From NCBI GenBank assembly GCA_050015395.1, contig JBEKBM010000021.1, positions 1-53,010 of the forward strand: DNA of 53,010 nt, read 5' to 3'. The position numbers and the translations under genes were made by a program. Below the pieces are notes generated by a model. That model did no database searches and had not been told where the DNA came from. It worked only from the letters and a program-made list of their open reading frames with translations. The DNA is from Candidatus Bathyarchaeia archaeon. GTDB lineage: Archaea > Thermoproteota > Bathyarchaeia > Bathyarchaeales > Bathycorpusculaceae. Within the stretch, counting starts at the first letter, position 1, and the number at the start of each line of letters is the position of its first letter. Positions 19,160-29,365 of this stretch are shown here, one piece after another.

Positions 19160-19750
19160 ATGACAACTGAAACTGAAGAGAAGACAACAGCAAACTGGCT
19201 AAAAGAAGCGCAAAAAGGCATTATACGCATGGGAGTCCTCATACTTCTAAACAAGAAACCCTCCCACGGCTACGAAATCATGAAAGAAATCAACAACCGA
19301 ACCAAGGGCTTCTGGAAACCCACCGCAGGCGGCGTCTACCCAATCCTGCGCGACCTAGAAAAATCAGGGTATATCAATGGCGAATGGCAAATCCAGAAAA
19401 ACCGCAAGCTAAAAGTTTACAAAATCACCCGATCAGGAGAACTCATCCTTAGACGAGCCATCGTAAAACAAGCTGAAATCTCCAATAACATCGGCAACCT
19501 TTTCCGAGAATTCGCCAGAGACGTCCTCAACATCGAGACTGCCACGGCTGTGCCGAACATGCCTTCCTTTTTCACTCCCTTTCTTGAAGAGACACCAGAC
19601 AGCGAAGCAAATCTCGAACACCTCGAACACGAGCGAAAGCATACGTATGAAACAGTCAAAATGATGCAGGAAAAACTAAAACAGATCGACAAGAGAATCA
19701 GAGAAATCAAGAAACAAGCACACAGTGATTCTCCTCAAGCAACAGAGTAG
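19160..19750 (+). CDS. PadR-family transcriptional regulator
   Basis: KPSHGYEIM, GGVYPILRDLE.SGYI, KVYKITRSG; divergent from the ABC operon. Confidence 0.92.
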   Translation: MTTETEEKTTANWLKEAQKGIIRMGVLILLNKKPSHGYEIMKEINNRTKGFWKPTAGGVYPILRDLEKSGYINGEWQIQKNRKLKVYKITRSGELILRRAIVKQAEISNNIGNLFREFARDVLNIETATAVPNMPSFFTPFLEETPDSEANLEHLEHERKHTYETVKMMQEKLKQIDKRIREIKKQAHSDSPQATE

Positions 19751-19811
19751 CGAACATGCGAAACTGTTATTTCGGCAACCGCCTCTAATACTCTTTCAAG
19801 GAGAGAAGCCC

Positions 19812-20249
19812 ATGGCAAGTGAACGCTGTGCTTTCATCTTAACGATTGGTGAGGAATATTGGAGCCGATTGTGCCAACGTAACAATGCTAATATTGGAAT
19901 ACATGTTTTTATCCGTAAAAATCAAGTTGCACCCAAACATGCTCAGCTTTTACTATTTTATGTTACTATAAAAAAGCAGGTTTTGGGTACAGCAGATTTT
20001 CTTGAACGCTTAACTGGCAATTACGAGGAATTATGGGAAAAGTTTGGCAGTGAAAGCTGTTTTAAATCGTTTGAAGAATACAAAAGCTTCGCTGGCGGCA
20101 GAGAAATGATGACTTTCATAAGGTTCAACAATCTTAGGGAAATCGATAATCCCAAATCTAAAGAGGAAGTGTCCAAGGTTCTCGGGTCTTTGCGGGGCTT
20201 CGGAGCAGGAAATTACCTTGATAATGAAACAGTCATGCAATTAGTGTAA
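19812..20249 (+). CDS. PUA-superfamily (EVE/ASCH-like) protein
   Basis: LLFYVT.KKQVLGTA.F...ELWEKFG...EEY..F...FIRF.NL pattern; ATG at 19812. Confidence 0.55.
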   Translation: MASERCAFILTIGEEYWSRLCQRNNANIGIHVFIRKNQVAPKHAQLLLFYVTIKKQVLGTADFLERLTGNYEELWEKFGSESCFKSFEEYKSFAGGREMMTFIRFNNLREIDNPKSKEEVSKVLGSLRGFGAGNYLDNETVMQLV

Positions 20250-20298
20250 AGAATTAAATCTGTGACTGAATATTTGCTAAATTAGAAGTGAATCCCGA

Positions 20299-20622
20299 AT
20301 GTTCCGCGTGAGAGTAAACAAAATTGAGTCCACCCGTGATTTAGACGGCAACCTTGGAAAACGAATCGAGCTGCTTGAAGAGCAAGAAGTCAACCCCTAC
20401 GTGCTAAGACCACAATCAGATGAAGCCAAAATGGCACAAGACATCATGCAAGCACTCCAACAGCAAATGCCCTTCCTGCCGCAAAAAACCCAACTTGCCA
20501 CACCAAAAATAATCCTATTTTTAACCGAGCAGGAATACGACAATTTAGGCATTAGCTTTGATGTAAACCAGATTTACGAAGTGATATTGGAAAACCAAGC
20601 AATCCGTTTCAGGAAAGTTTAA
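20299..20622 (+). CDS. Arcadin-1 homolog
   Basis: Resembles Pyrobaculum arcadin-1 as recalled: KRIELLEE, central DEAKMAQDIMQ helix, PKIILFLTEQEY..LG..DV..IYEV.LEN.AI; GAAGTGA RBS. Confidence 0.7.
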   Translation: MFRVRVNKIESTRDLDGNLGKRIELLEEQEVNPYVLRPQSDEAKMAQDIMQALQQQMPFLPQKTQLATPKIILFLTEQEYDNLGISFDVNQIYEVILENQAIRFRKV

Positions 20623-20947
20623 GGATTTCCTTTCTCATCTGCCTCAGCGCAGCATGCTTAGGATGAAAAGACAAAACAAACATCATACTCCTCAACGCTG
20701 AACATATTCCCTCTAAATCAGACATTTTGCCTTCATCACAGTATAGCGGAATAGGCTCATCGCCATCGCTTTCTTCATAGTAAACGTAAATCGGAGAACC
20801 TACCCCATCGAATTTTACCATCTCAAAGTTTAAATTTAATCGTTTAGCCGTTTCCTGTGTGGCAGTTCTAACCGACGCCAACCGTTTCCTGCCTGGAGCA
20901 CCAGTTGACGCGTAAACCATCAGTTTCCCACTGTTCCCTTTGAACAT
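20609..20947 (-). CDS. Conserved hypothetical protein (possibly thioredoxin-like fold)
   Basis: ATG at 20947 after GGTGA; 112-aa globular ORF filling the gap. Confidence 0.6.
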   Translation of the reverse strand: MFKGNSGKLMVYASTGAPGRKRLASVRTATQETAKRLNLNFEMVKFDGVGSPIYVYYEESDGDEPIPLYCDEGKMSDLEGICSALRSMMFVLSFHPKHAALRQMRKEILKLS

Positions 20948-21074
20948 GACGCACTCACCAACACGCAGTATGCGAAAAACCTCTTTTAAAACAAGCCATG
21001 AAACGACTCTTTCAAGCAGGGGAGGGGTGACTGAAAGTGAAACCCTCTTAAACCGCCAAAACAAGATTTAACCC

Positions 21075-21347
21075 ATGAAAACCAGAGCACACGTGTTTGT
21101 AAGCGGCATGGTTCAAGGCGTTTTCTTTAGGCAAAAAACTAAGCGGCAAGCCGAGAGCTTTGGAATTGCAGGTTGGGTGAGAAATTTGCCTGATGGCAGA
21201 GTTGAAGCAGTTTTTGAAGGTGAAGAAGAAGCTGTTAGGGCACTTGTGGAATATTGCCATCATGGCCCTTCTTATGCAAGAGTAACAAACGTTGATGTTG
21301 CGTGGGAACCTTATCGTGGAGAATTTAGCGACTTTGAGACGCGATAG
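21075..21347 (+). CDS. acyP: Acylphosphatase
   Basis: SGMVQGVFFR, GWVRNLPDGRVE. Confidence 0.95.
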   Translation: MKTRAHVFVSGMVQGVFFRQKTKRQAESFGIAGWVRNLPDGRVEAVFEGEEEAVRALVEYCHHGPSYARVTNVDVAWEPYRGEFSDFETR

Positions 21348-21352
21348 GCAAG

Positions 21353-21751
21353 TTACGCTTTTTTCTTTGGCACCCGAAAATGTGAATCTTTTCCGGCGCT
21401 GATATATTCTCCGCCCATGCCTCTCACTGCGGAAGCAATTTTTGCAAAGTTTTCTGAACCCAAAAACTGCTTCGGTTTAATTATCATGTAATCGCCCTTC
21501 TCCTCAAAGCTTAATCGGGCCTCAAGCTCCTCAGGAAATGACATGCGAATTTCATCAAGCGACCTCTGTTTTGCACCAGCCTCAGGCGGTGTAGGCGCTT
21601 GAGTAGCTGTCGGCTGGGTAATTTGACCCCCCGCGAGAGATTTCATTGATGATGAAACGGAACGCATTTCTTCTGAAATGTCGCTTAAAGATTTAAGAAT
21701 TTTATCAACCTTTCCGACTAGCTCATTGAGCTTTTCTTTGTCAGTGCTCAT
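21353..21751 (-). CDS. Hypothetical protein (N-terminal coiled coil, P/T linker, C-terminal globular domain)
   Basis: Clean ORF with GGGAG RBS; C-terminal FLGSENFAKIAS.VRGMGGEYISAGK. Confidence 0.7.
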   Translation of the reverse strand: MSTDKEKLNELVGKVDKILKSLSDISEEMRSVSSSMKSLAGGQITQPTATQAPTPPEAGAKQRSLDEIRMSFPEELEARLSFEEKGDYMIIKPKQFLGSENFAKIASAVRGMGGEYISAGKDSHFRVPKKKA

Positions 21752-21841
21752 ACAAACGCTCCCTTAAACTTCTAAATAATCCAAGATGCTTATTAATTAT
21801 TTGCAATAACACAATAACTTAAGTCTGGGAGAAAATAGGGC

Positions 21842-22879
21842 ATGATTGAAATCGACGGAAGCCAAAAAAGCGGAAGCGGCACAATACTTCGCCTTTCCGT
21901 AGCCTTGGCAGCCATCATAAAACAGCCACTACATATATGCAACATTAGACAGAGCCGCCCGCAACCAGGCTTAAAACCTCAGCATTTGGAAGCAGTGCTG
22001 ACAGCGGCCAAACTCTGCAACGCCAAAGTACAAGGCGCAGCTTTAGGCTCAAGGGAACTTTGGTTCATGCCCCAGCAAATAAAAGGCGGTAACATTGAAG
22101 CAGAAATCGAAACCGCTGGAAGCATCCCGATGCTGCTACTTGCAACTTTACCTGTTTGTTTGTTCGCCGATAATCCTGTGCACTTGCATGTAGCCAAAGG
22201 CGGAACAGACACAACCCATGCGCCTACAATCAACTACATGTGTTATGTTCTTTTGCCAGCGCTGAAACAGATGGGAACTGACTCTAACATAACCGTGCAA
22301 AAATACGGTTATTACCCGAAAGGAATGGGTGAAGCAACAATGACCGTCAAGCCTAACCGCACGCTAAAACCGGTTCAGCTTCACAATTTTGGCAAGGTCA
22401 AAGGCATTAAGGGTGTTTCAGTCTGCACTTTTTTGGCTGATAGGCAAGTGGCAGAGCGGCAAGCAAAAGCAGCAGAAGACTGCCTCTCACAAAAAGGCTA
22501 TAATGCGTCTATCGAGGTTGTAAACGACCAGTCTAACCCTTTTCAAAAAGGTAGTTCAATTGTTCTGTGGGCTGAAACCGACACAGGCGTAATAATAGGC
22601 GCTGACGCAATAGGTGAACTCCGTAAAATGAGTGAAGCCGTTGGAAAAGAAGCCGCTGAAAAGCTTTTAACCGAGTTAACTGTTGAGCCAACGGTTGATG
22701 TTTACTTGGCAGATATGCTCATTCCCTACATGGCGCTGGCACAGGGCAAATCAGCCTTTTTGGTTAGAACAATTTCAGAGCATATTGAAGCTAACATTTG
22801 GCTGATGGAAAAAATGTTAAACGTCCAATTCACCACTCAAAAAGTAAACAACCTCTACAGGATAGAAAAAAGCAGCTGA
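21842..22879 (+). CDS. rtcA: RNA 3'-terminal phosphate cyclase
   Basis: IDGS..SGSGTILR, RPQPGLKPQH, TAGSIP, GYYPKGMG, DMLIPYMALA, SEH. Confidence 0.93.
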   Translation: MIEIDGSQKSGSGTILRLSVALAAIIKQPLHICNIRQSRPQPGLKPQHLEAVLTAAKLCNAKVQGAALGSRELWFMPQQIKGGNIEAEIETAGSIPMLLLATLPVCLFADNPVHLHVAKGGTDTTHAPTINYMCYVLLPALKQMGTDSNITVQKYGYYPKGMGEATMTVKPNRTLKPVQLHNFGKVKGIKGVSVCTFLADRQVAERQAKAAEDCLSQKGYNASIEVVNDQSNPFQKGSSIVLWAETDTGVIIGADAIGELRKMSEAVGKEAAEKLLTELTVEPTVDVYLADMLIPYMALAQGKSAFLVRTISEHIEANIWLMEKMLNVQFTTQKVNNLYRIEKSS

Positions 22880-22883
22880 TTGC

Positions 22884-23954
22884 ATGCCCAAATCAACCAT
22901 TTGCATAAAAGTTCCAAAAAAACAAGGCGAGAGAGCAATAGCATTAGCCAATAAACTTGAACTTATCGATAAGTCATTGGAAATTCAGCGGGATGAAGGC
23001 AACCTCTGCATCCCCTTACTTAGGCAACCAGATGAGAATGAGTTGATAACGCTAAAAAGCGAAGTGTCCGAAACGCAATTATCAACTAGCATTTTCGCTG
23101 AAAAGAGACCTCCCGCGGATTCCCTCCTGCATGTTCTCGAAAAAGATTTTCCGCCACATTTGCTGGCGAGTTTGCCTCAAGCGTTAGACGTAATAGGAGA
23201 CATAGGCATCATCGAAATTCCGCTGGAATTGAAAGCGTACGAAAATCTTATCGGCGAGGCAATCCTAAAAACGCACAGAAACATCATAACTGTGCTTGCT
23301 AAAGCAGGCGCAATAGGCGGAACTTACCGGTTGCGCGAGTTCACTTTTATCGCCGGAGAACACAAAACGCAAACTGTTCACAGGGAATTTGGATGCCAGT
23401 ACCATGTTGATGTAGCTAAAGCATATTTTTCGCCTCGGCTTTCACATGAACACCATCGTGTGACATCACTCGTGCAAACTGGTGAAACTGTGGTGGATTT
23501 ATTTGCTGGAGTTGGACCCTTCTCAGTGCTAATTGCCAAAAAAAATCCAAACGTTAGGGTTTACGCTGTTGATATTAATCCTGACGCCGTTGAGTTGCTT
23601 AAAGTAAATGCAAGGGTAAACAGGGTTGAAAACCGAGTTTTCCCCATCCTCGGAGATGCAAGGCAAATTACCGCAAACAAGCTTAAGGGTTCAGCTGACC
23701 GGGTTATAATGAATTTGCCTGAAACAGCAATCGAGTTTGTTGATGCCGCTTGCCAAGCAATCAAGCCTCAGGGTGGAATAATCCATTTTTATGCTTTCGT
23801 TCGTTCACCTGATTCAATAGAGAACCTCAAGCTCAGCTTTTGCCAAGCTGTAGAGTCAACGGGCAGAAAAGTGGAAGCGTTTCTTTACGCGAAGAGCATT
23901 CGTGAAACTGCACCCTACGAGTCACAGATTGTTTTAGATGCTAAAGTTGCTTAA
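22884..23954 (+). CDS. trm5: tRNA (guanine37-N1)-methyltransferase Trm5 family
   Basis: DVIGDI, YFSPRL, DLFAGVGPF, DINP, RVIMNLP. Confidence 0.88.
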   Translation: MPKSTICIKVPKKQGERAIALANKLELIDKSLEIQRDEGNLCIPLLRQPDENELITLKSEVSETQLSTSIFAEKRPPADSLLHVLEKDFPPHLLASLPQALDVIGDIGIIEIPLELKAYENLIGEAILKTHRNIITVLAKAGAIGGTYRLREFTFIAGEHKTQTVHREFGCQYHVDVAKAYFSPRLSHEHHRVTSLVQTGETVVDLFAGVGPFSVLIAKKNPNVRVYAVDINPDAVELLKVNARVNRVENRVFPILGDARQITANKLKGSADRVIMNLPETAIEFVDAACQAIKPQGGIIHFYAFVRSPDSIENLKLSFCQAVESTGRKVEAFLYAKSIRETAPYESQIVLDAKVA

Positions 23955-24385
23955 CCACGAATGACAAGGGTAATGTTAACTTTCTGTTTAGGATTTTTTA
24001 ATATCTCTCTAAGTTCTCTTGGTAAATCATTTGCTGATTTGTCAGCGTGAATTGCCAGAGTTCGGTCTGAGATGTAATCGCTTTTTCTAATCACTATGTC
24101 AGTTGGGTGAGTTAAAATCAATTTTGGAGAGCCGAAGGCGTTAATTTGCTCAGTTAAGCCTCCAGCCTCGATAATGATAGTTAGTTTAGCGTTTGGTCTT
24201 TTCAATTTCTCTTTGAATTCTTGGTTTAAGTCCGCTACTGCTTTATCCGCAACTACTCCGACTACGCAATCGCCAGTTTTTGACAAGCGCTTTTCCCTTG
24301 TAAACATTAAAGTTGAAGGGTGAATGGCTTGAATGTTTTCATGCCCGAATGCCACGATGTTTTCTCTTGTTTCTTTAGCGCTCAA
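23951..24385 (-). CDS. DUF371-family protein
   Basis: GHENI.A.HPST, GDCVVGV, VIRKSDYI..RTLAI.ADKSA.DLPR. Confidence 0.85.
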   Translation of the reverse strand: MSAKETRENIVAFGHENIQAIHPSTLMFTREKRLSKTGDCVVGVVADKAVADLNQEFKEKLKRPNAKLTIIIEAGGLTEQINAFGSPKLILTHPTDIVIRKSDYISDRTLAIHADKSANDLPRELREILKNPKQKVNITLVIRG

Positions 24386-25354
24386 TTACTCGTTAACCTC
24401 AATGGAATCCACTTTGCCGTCCCCGTCTAGATCAAACCCGTGAATCACAACTGCGAAGGTGTCCTCGCCCTTGTATTTCTCTAGTGTTTTCTTCCAAAAG
24501 TTGGTTAAGGCTAAAACGCATGCTTTTGTTCCTACGGCTTTGTTTCCTGCTAAAACCACGATGCGTTTGGTTTTATCCCATGGATTCACGATTTTAGCAA
24601 TTAATCCTGAAACATCCGAAGTGTAAACCTGCAAAGTCTTTTTTGATGATAAACCGCCCAGCAAGAACCCTTGCTCTGAAGATTGCATTATGAATTTGAT
24701 GGGTAAATACTCGTTTATTTCCTGTGTAAGAAGGTTTGTGCCTGGACCCCCAACAAGGATTAAATTGTTTTTTTCCTCTTTCTCCACTTTCACGTCAACA
24801 TCGAGTTTCACGGCGAATTCTGTTGGCATTTTTGCAAATTGCCCAATGAAAAGCGCCAAGTGCGCTGCGTAGTGTCCGTCTCTGGCGCTGGTTTTAAACG
24901 GACCATGCGGCTGCGGGCTGCCTACAACTATTTTTCCGTCAAAAACGCCGTTGCTAATGAATTCTTTGAAGAAATCTTGAAGCTGCTTGTCGATGCTTAA
25001 GAGGCAAAAGTTTTGGATTGCTTTATAGCCGTCCGGAAACTCGATGCCGAAAGCTGGTGACACTGTTTTGTAATATTTTGCTGTCGCGCCTTTCTTTTTT
25101 TCCTCACGCTCAACGGCTATGGCTCCTGCTTGGGCTAGTTTTCTTATGTGATAGTAGACTTTTTGCTCATGCATACCGAGCTGCCGCGCGATTTCTAAGG
25201 GGTACATTTCCTTTTTTGATAACATTGTTAGGATTTTCCAGCTTAAGCCGCCGAGTATCATTTTTAGTTTTTGTGAATCGTTCATTATGCTGATTTCTTT
25301 TACTTCTTGGGTGTTGCCGTTGTCTTGGAGAAGCAGTTTTTTATCCATGTGCAA
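24386..25354 (-). CDS. ArsR-type HTH regulator fused to a C-terminal S-layer-C-like domain
   Basis: YPLEIARQLG...VYYHIRKL HTH; NLILVGGPGTN motif; D-L-D-G-D-G-K-V-D Ca-binding-like tail. Confidence 0.75.
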   Translation of the reverse strand: MHMDKKLLLQDNGNTQEVKEISIMNDSQKLKMILGGLSWKILTMLSKKEMYPLEIARQLGMHEQKVYYHIRKLAQAGAIAVEREEKKKGATAKYYKTVSPAFGIEFPDGYKAIQNFCLLSIDKQLQDFFKEFISNGVFDGKIVVGSPQPHGPFKTSARDGHYAAHLALFIGQFAKMPTEFAVKLDVDVKVEKEEKNNLILVGGPGTNLLTQEINEYLPIKFIMQSSEQGFLLGGLSSKKTLQVYTSDVSGLIAKIVNPWDKTKRIVVLAGNKAVGTKACVLALTNFWKKTLEKYKGEDTFAVVIHGFDLDGDGKVDSIEVNE

Positions 25355-25570
25355 TCGAAGGTAGATAACATGGAGGTACTATAAAAAATTTATTTATAAT
25401 GGTTCAAAAAATTTAGGCTCAAGTCGGCTTGAAGCTTTCACTTGCATGAATAAAGGGTAAGACACACTAAAAATTTTTTTTGAGTAGTGAGACTGAAATC
25501 TTAAAAATCCTTATTAGCGAATCGCAGACTCCATAAGCTTATACCATTGTGAAAAGCGAAGGCTTCTGAA

Positions 25571-27400
25571 ATGTGTGGAATATTCGGTTGTGTTTTAAAG
25601 GAAGAAAACGCCGCTCCCCTAATTCACTCATCACTTAAACGGCTTGAATATCGCGGCTACGACTCAGTAGGCATAGCAACAATATCTAATGGAAAAATTT
25701 TCCTAAAAAAGGACCAAGGGAAAATTGATGAGGTTCACAAAATCCTAAATCTTGACGATTTACCAGGCAGCATAGGTATTGGTCACACACGCTGGGCAAC
25801 GCATGGTGCACCCTTAAAAGTGAACGCTCACCCTCATGCCGATTGCACGGGCGAAATAATGGTTGTTCATAACGGAATCATCGAGAATTTCATGGAGCTT
25901 AGAACAGAACTGCAAAATCTTGATCACACGTTTGTTTCCAAAACAGACACAGAAGTAATCCCACACCTTATTGAGCAAACCCTCAAACAGAACCCTAAAC
26001 TCTCCTTTGCCGAGGCAGTTCAAGAAAGCCTCAAACGCCTTGAAGGCTCCTATGCCCTTGCCATAATCTCCACAAAAGAGCCTGACAAGATTATCTGCGC
26101 CAGAAATGAGAGCCCCTTGGTTTTAGGCATCAATGACAACGGTGTTTTCTGCGCTTCTGATATTCCAGCGTTTCTGCCAGTCACCAACAAGGCAGTCATG
26201 GTGAATGATGGTGAACTGGTTATTCTGTCAACGCAAGGTTATGAGATTAAGAAAATTCAGGATCTCAGCCCTGTCAGTCGGGAACCAGAAACTATTGAGT
26301 GGACAGCTGAAATGGCTATTAAACAAGGCTATCCACACTTTATGATCAAAGAGATTCATGAGCAGCCTGAAACTCTTCGCAACACGCTAAGACTGCAGGA
26401 GCATTATCTGGATTTGCTTACAACTTTTCTGGATCGTGCGAACGATGTTTTTCTTGTTGCTTGTGGAACAAGCTACCATGCATGTTTGGCGGCTTCATAC
26501 ATGTTCTCTAAGCTTGCGTTCTTGCCCACTTACCCTGTTTACGCTTCAGAATTTATAGAACAACATGGCAAATCAGTAAACATTGACAGCACCATTTTAG
26601 CGGTTAGTCAGTCAGGCGAAACAGCTGACACCATAGCAGCCGTTACCTGCGCCCAGCAACGTGCAGCCACGATTCTAAGCTTAACTAATGTTATCGGCTC
26701 TACTTTGACACGTATTTCCCGAGTTTATATTGACACGCAAGCTGGTCCAGAGATTGGAGTTGCAGCTACGAAGACTTTTACGTCTCAGCTTTCCGTGTTG
26801 GCGCAACTTGCGCTTAGATTGGCAAAGAAAAGAGGCAAAGTTTCTCAGGATGAAATGGACAGACTTGAAGAGAATTTGGTTAAATTACCTGAAATTGCTG
26901 ATACAATAGTTAAGACGCAAGAGGAAAAAGTTAAGCAAATCGCCAAGAAATACAAGGATTCTAAAGTGTTCTTTTTCTTAGGCAGAGGAATCAGCACCGC
27001 CACTGCTTATGAAGGCAGACTTAAACTAATGGAAATCGCTTATATTCCATCGATAGCGTTCCCAGCAGGCGAAAGCAAGCATGGCCCAATTAGTCTAGTT
27101 GAAAACGGCTTCCCAGCAGTTTTCATTTGCCCCAAGGATGACTGCCACAAGACGCTGATCGGTAACATCATGGAAATGAAAGCCAGAGACGCCCACATAA
27201 TTGCTATTATCGAGGAAGGAGATGAAGAGATTAAGGCGTTGGCGGATGATTACATTGAGGTCCCGAAGGGCATTCCTGGTGTTCTGTCGCCGATTCCTTT
27301 TGTAGTGCCCCTGCAGCTTTTAGCGTATTATGTTGCTCTTGAGAAAGGATACGACCCTGATATGCCAAGGAACTTGGCGAAGTGTGTTACTGTAAAGTAA
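25571..27400 (+). CDS. glmS: Glucosamine--fructose-6-phosphate aminotransferase
   Basis: MCGIFG, LEYRGYDS, GHTRWATHG, SQSGETAD, PRNLAKCVTVK. Confidence 0.97.
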   Translation: MCGIFGCVLKEENAAPLIHSSLKRLEYRGYDSVGIATISNGKIFLKKDQGKIDEVHKILNLDDLPGSIGIGHTRWATHGAPLKVNAHPHADCTGEIMVVHNGIIENFMELRTELQNLDHTFVSKTDTEVIPHLIEQTLKQNPKLSFAEAVQESLKRLEGSYALAIISTKEPDKIICARNESPLVLGINDNGVFCASDIPAFLPVTNKAVMVNDGELVILSTQGYEIKKIQDLSPVSREPETIEWTAEMAIKQGYPHFMIKEIHEQPETLRNTLRLQEHYLDLLTTFLDRANDVFLVACGTSYHACLAASYMFSKLAFLPTYPVYASEFIEQHGKSVNIDSTILAVSQSGETADTIAAVTCAQQRAATILSLTNVIGSTLTRISRVYIDTQAGPEIGVAATKTFTSQLSVLAQLALRLAKKRGKVSQDEMDRLEENLVKLPEIADTIVKTQEEKVKQIAKKYKDSKVFFFLGRGISTATAYEGRLKLMEIAYIPSIAFPAGESKHGPISLVENGFPAVFICPKDDCHKTLIGNIMEMKARDAHIIAIIEEGDEEIKALADDYIEVPKGIPGVLSPIPFVVPLQLLAYYVALEKGYDPDMPRNLAKCVTVK

Positions 27401-27552
27401 GAATACTGTAATTCTTAATACTAAATTGGGTATAGTTAGAATTATTAACCATGCTAGGCTTTCCCCCGCACTTCTTAAAGTGAGAAACTTAGCACTTTTA
27501 GACCTTGAAAGTTAGAGACCTAAGAGAAACAGAAATAGTCTTTAGCCTTAAG

Positions 27553-27753
27553 TTATTTTTCCTTTTTCTCTGAGAAAAGATACTTTGCAGAAATAGCAAG
27601 AGCCACTAAGCCAATGCAAGATATTGATATTCCGTATAGAAATTTTACGTCATGACCAAACTCATCATAAACGACCTGAATAAAAAAAGCGATAAATATT
27701 CCCCAAACAACTAGCCATACTTCTCTTACTCTTTCTCGCCTTATTTTATTCAT
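27553..27753 (-). CDS. Small two-TM membrane protein
   Basis: Two hydrophobic helices with basic ends; promoter-like module directly upstream (27766-27792). Confidence 0.6.
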   Translation of the reverse strand: MNKIRRERVREVWLVVWGIFIAFFIQVVYDEFGHDVKFLYGISISCIGLVALAISAKYLFSEKKEK

Positions 27754-28185
27754 GTTGGTCTATTTCTAAGCTATTCAGATTTAAGATTTTTCTATATCTG
27801 TTCTTTTCGGTACATATTCGATAAATACGCTAAGTTTCTACTTTCCCCAAAACTAGCCTAGTATCGTTGCAACCTTTTAATGGTTTATTCTTATAGAAAT
27901 GTCAATAGGTTAGAAATGTTAGGTTAAAAGATAAAGGGAATTTCCCCTATTTTACTAAGTTTCTAACTGCTTAAAACATTTAGTAAAATTTCGTTGGTAG
28001 GTATTTCTAACCCTTGAATGTACTCGGTAATAGCCCTAACCATTTTAATGTACTCTATCAATATAGCAAAGTTTCTAATCTCTGAATGGTCGTAGTAACC
28101 CACGAACAACTAATATGTTACCTTTATTCAGTCGTTTCATGACGGTATTTTTTTTTCAGAGTCATGTTTTCTAAAAGCTAAATTC

Positions 28186-29205
28186 TCAGGTTGGTACTGA
28201 GTAACTGCCTAACTGCAATTTTTGGATTTGACCTGTATCTGCTCGTATCACTGCGCTGAAATATGGATTTAACAGTGTGTTTCCTTCTAAGGGATAGGTT
28301 ACATTTCCGTTCAGTTGCCAGCATGGAACTAAAGTACCCGTTTCTCCGTAAGTTATGTTTCCGATTGGTTGGAAGCTTAAAGTGTAAGTTACCGAATTTT
28401 CATTTATAGTTGTCCCTGAAATGCCGATTGTTCCACCATCCCATCCAACACTCTGAATAGATTGCACTTCTTGGTTTGCTATTTGTAGTGCTTGCTCTTG
28501 GCTGATTTTCACTGAAGAAGAGATAATTACAAAACTATTCATTTTGTCTTCAAAGGAGTTAAACGTGTCATTATTGAAAATCAAGGTCAATGTATCAAAA
28601 CTATTCGGTATGTTGTCAACTGCTCTGCTCCATGTTATGTTTTCAATTCCGTATGCAGAATGCATATCCAGACGTAAATCGCCTATTTGCTGAGAAGTGT
28701 TAGCTACGGCTGAATAGCTATTGAGGGAATTGCGAAAGTTTTGAATGTAGGGAGCGTTATAAGCGGTTTGGTATCTTTCAAGAATATCCATTGTTTGGTT
28801 GATTACGTTTTCAGTATCATCACGATATGAAATCAAACCGTTCAGCGTTGAAATCATAAAGGAAATGCTGGTGTGGTTTATGTCTATGTAACTTATGACA
28901 AGCATTTGTTGATATTTTTCGTAATTCGTTAGTTCTGTGCTGTTCTTATAATTAATCAAGTATTGAAAAGTAGCAGGATTCTCAGGGTTTGGAAGGTCAC
29001 CAGCCTTTCCGTAATATTTGGTATAATCAAGTTGGAGTATATTTTTGATGAAGTTTAGTGTTTCACTTTCCAGTTGCTGAGATTTAACATTAGCTGTATA
29101 ATCGTACCAATTGTTACCTGTAGCGTATTCTATAACAATGACTGAGGCAATTGAGATAGTAACGACAAGCAGAATAACAATAGCTAAAGTAACGGTCTTT
29201 TTCAT
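28186..29205 (-). CDS. Secreted/membrane-anchored surface protein with a C-terminal PepSY-like segment
   Basis: N-terminal TM/signal; N/S/T/Y-rich; ISQEQALQIA...CWQL...IRADTGQI. Confidence 0.7.
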   Translation of the reverse strand: MKKTVTLAIVILLVVTISIASVIVIEYATGNNWYDYTANVKSQQLESETLNFIKNILQLDYTKYYGKAGDLPNPENPATFQYLINYKNSTELTNYEKYQQMLVISYIDINHTSISFMISTLNGLISYRDDTENVINQTMDILERYQTAYNAPYIQNFRNSLNSYSAVANTSQQIGDLRLDMHSAYGIENITWSRAVDNIPNSFDTLTLIFNNDTFNSFEDKMNSFVIISSSVKISQEQALQIANQEVQSIQSVGWDGGTIGISGTTINENSVTYTLSFQPIGNITYGETGTLVPCWQLNGNVTYPLEGNTLLNPYFSAVIRADTGQIQKLQLGSYSVPT

Positions 29206-29365
29206 GTTACCAATACCTAAATTCTTACTGAACAGAGGATGCTTAAAATATTATCCGTCAACATTCCTTGACTAAGCTATTGATTCATAGGTCAAAGTTT
29301 CTTGACTAAGAATTAGCCTATTTCTACGCTTTATAGATTTAAGACTTATCAAAAAGTCAAAAAAC

